A stretch of DNA of 41,149 nt. It comes from Chrysochromulina tobinii (lineage: Eukaryota). The position numbers were made by a program, and so were the translations under genes. Below, piece after piece: positions 40,749-41,149 of this stretch. The notes below the pieces were generated by a model. It had not been told where the DNA came from, searched no databases, and saw only the letters and a program-made list of their open reading frames with translations. Location: NCBI GenBank assembly GCA_001275005.1, contig JWZX01003210.1, forward strand, positions 1 to 41,149. The letters run 5' to 3'. Positions within the stretch are counted from its first letter, which is position 1; each line of letters begins with the position of its first letter.

Positions 40749-41149
40749 GTCTCAGTAGTTTCGCGCGTTCCCCCGGTTCCGCACCCGCTCTCGCGACAAC
40801 CCGCTGGGAATTACAGCGCATTCATGACAACAGGTCGCAAGCTGAAGTGCTCAGACATCGACAAAGAGGTAAAATCCGTATATGTGTCTGAAAGTCGTGC
40901 CATGGAGGGCAAATTTGGGGGGTGCGGGGCGCGGGCGGCAGCCCCGCGAAATTTTTTCTGACGCGGACGGTCCGGATTCATCGGAAAATACTAAAATTTT
41001 TCGAGTCGGATACTGGGAGGGATTGCGGCCCATGGCTAGAGTATGCTAGAGCTTATCCGGATAGAAGTAACAATCCATATGCATGGATCACATCAAGGCC
41101 CTTCAGCCGCTCACCGCACGCTTCACTACAATGTCACTTCAGGCTAAGC

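Noticed and set aside
40895..41040. Possible small element bounded by GCCATGG/CCATGGC
   Set aside because: Only a 7-bp inverted match, no TSD and no second copy.
1..41149. tRNA, rRNA or snRNA genes and autonomous transposase/RT genes
   Set aside because: None recognised by eye; a tRNAscan-SE/Infernal run would be needed to exclude them.

Overview
GC-rich eukaryotic nuclear DNA, compact and intron-poor. It is most consistent with a haptophyte microalga, possibly Chrysochromulina-like; this is an inference from the signal-peptide-led plastid proteins, GT-AG introns and CTGATTGC-satellite introns. About 18 genes are supportable: R2R3-MYB (partial), tandem DUF1825-like protein, ADCY10/sAC-like STAND cyclase, D27-like carotene isomerase, an acylated half-site class III cyclase, ER TPR protein, two-pore K+ channel with EF-hands, NYN-Zn finger-cold shock RNase, ELO elongase, kinesin-3/PARP fusion, 5'-nucleotidase with EF-hands, frameshifted ankyrin gene, YchF, a large CBM2-like/FN3 surface protein (frame break), fucosyltransferase-like, a Cys-rich protein and a PAN/glycosyltransferase-like gene. 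Non-coding features include a three-copy MITE-like family, a nested foldback element and introns built from exon duplications and satellites. The best candidates for something new are the kinesin-PARP fusion and the NYN-ZnF-CSD protein. All family calls come from reading motifs by eye; no searches were run.
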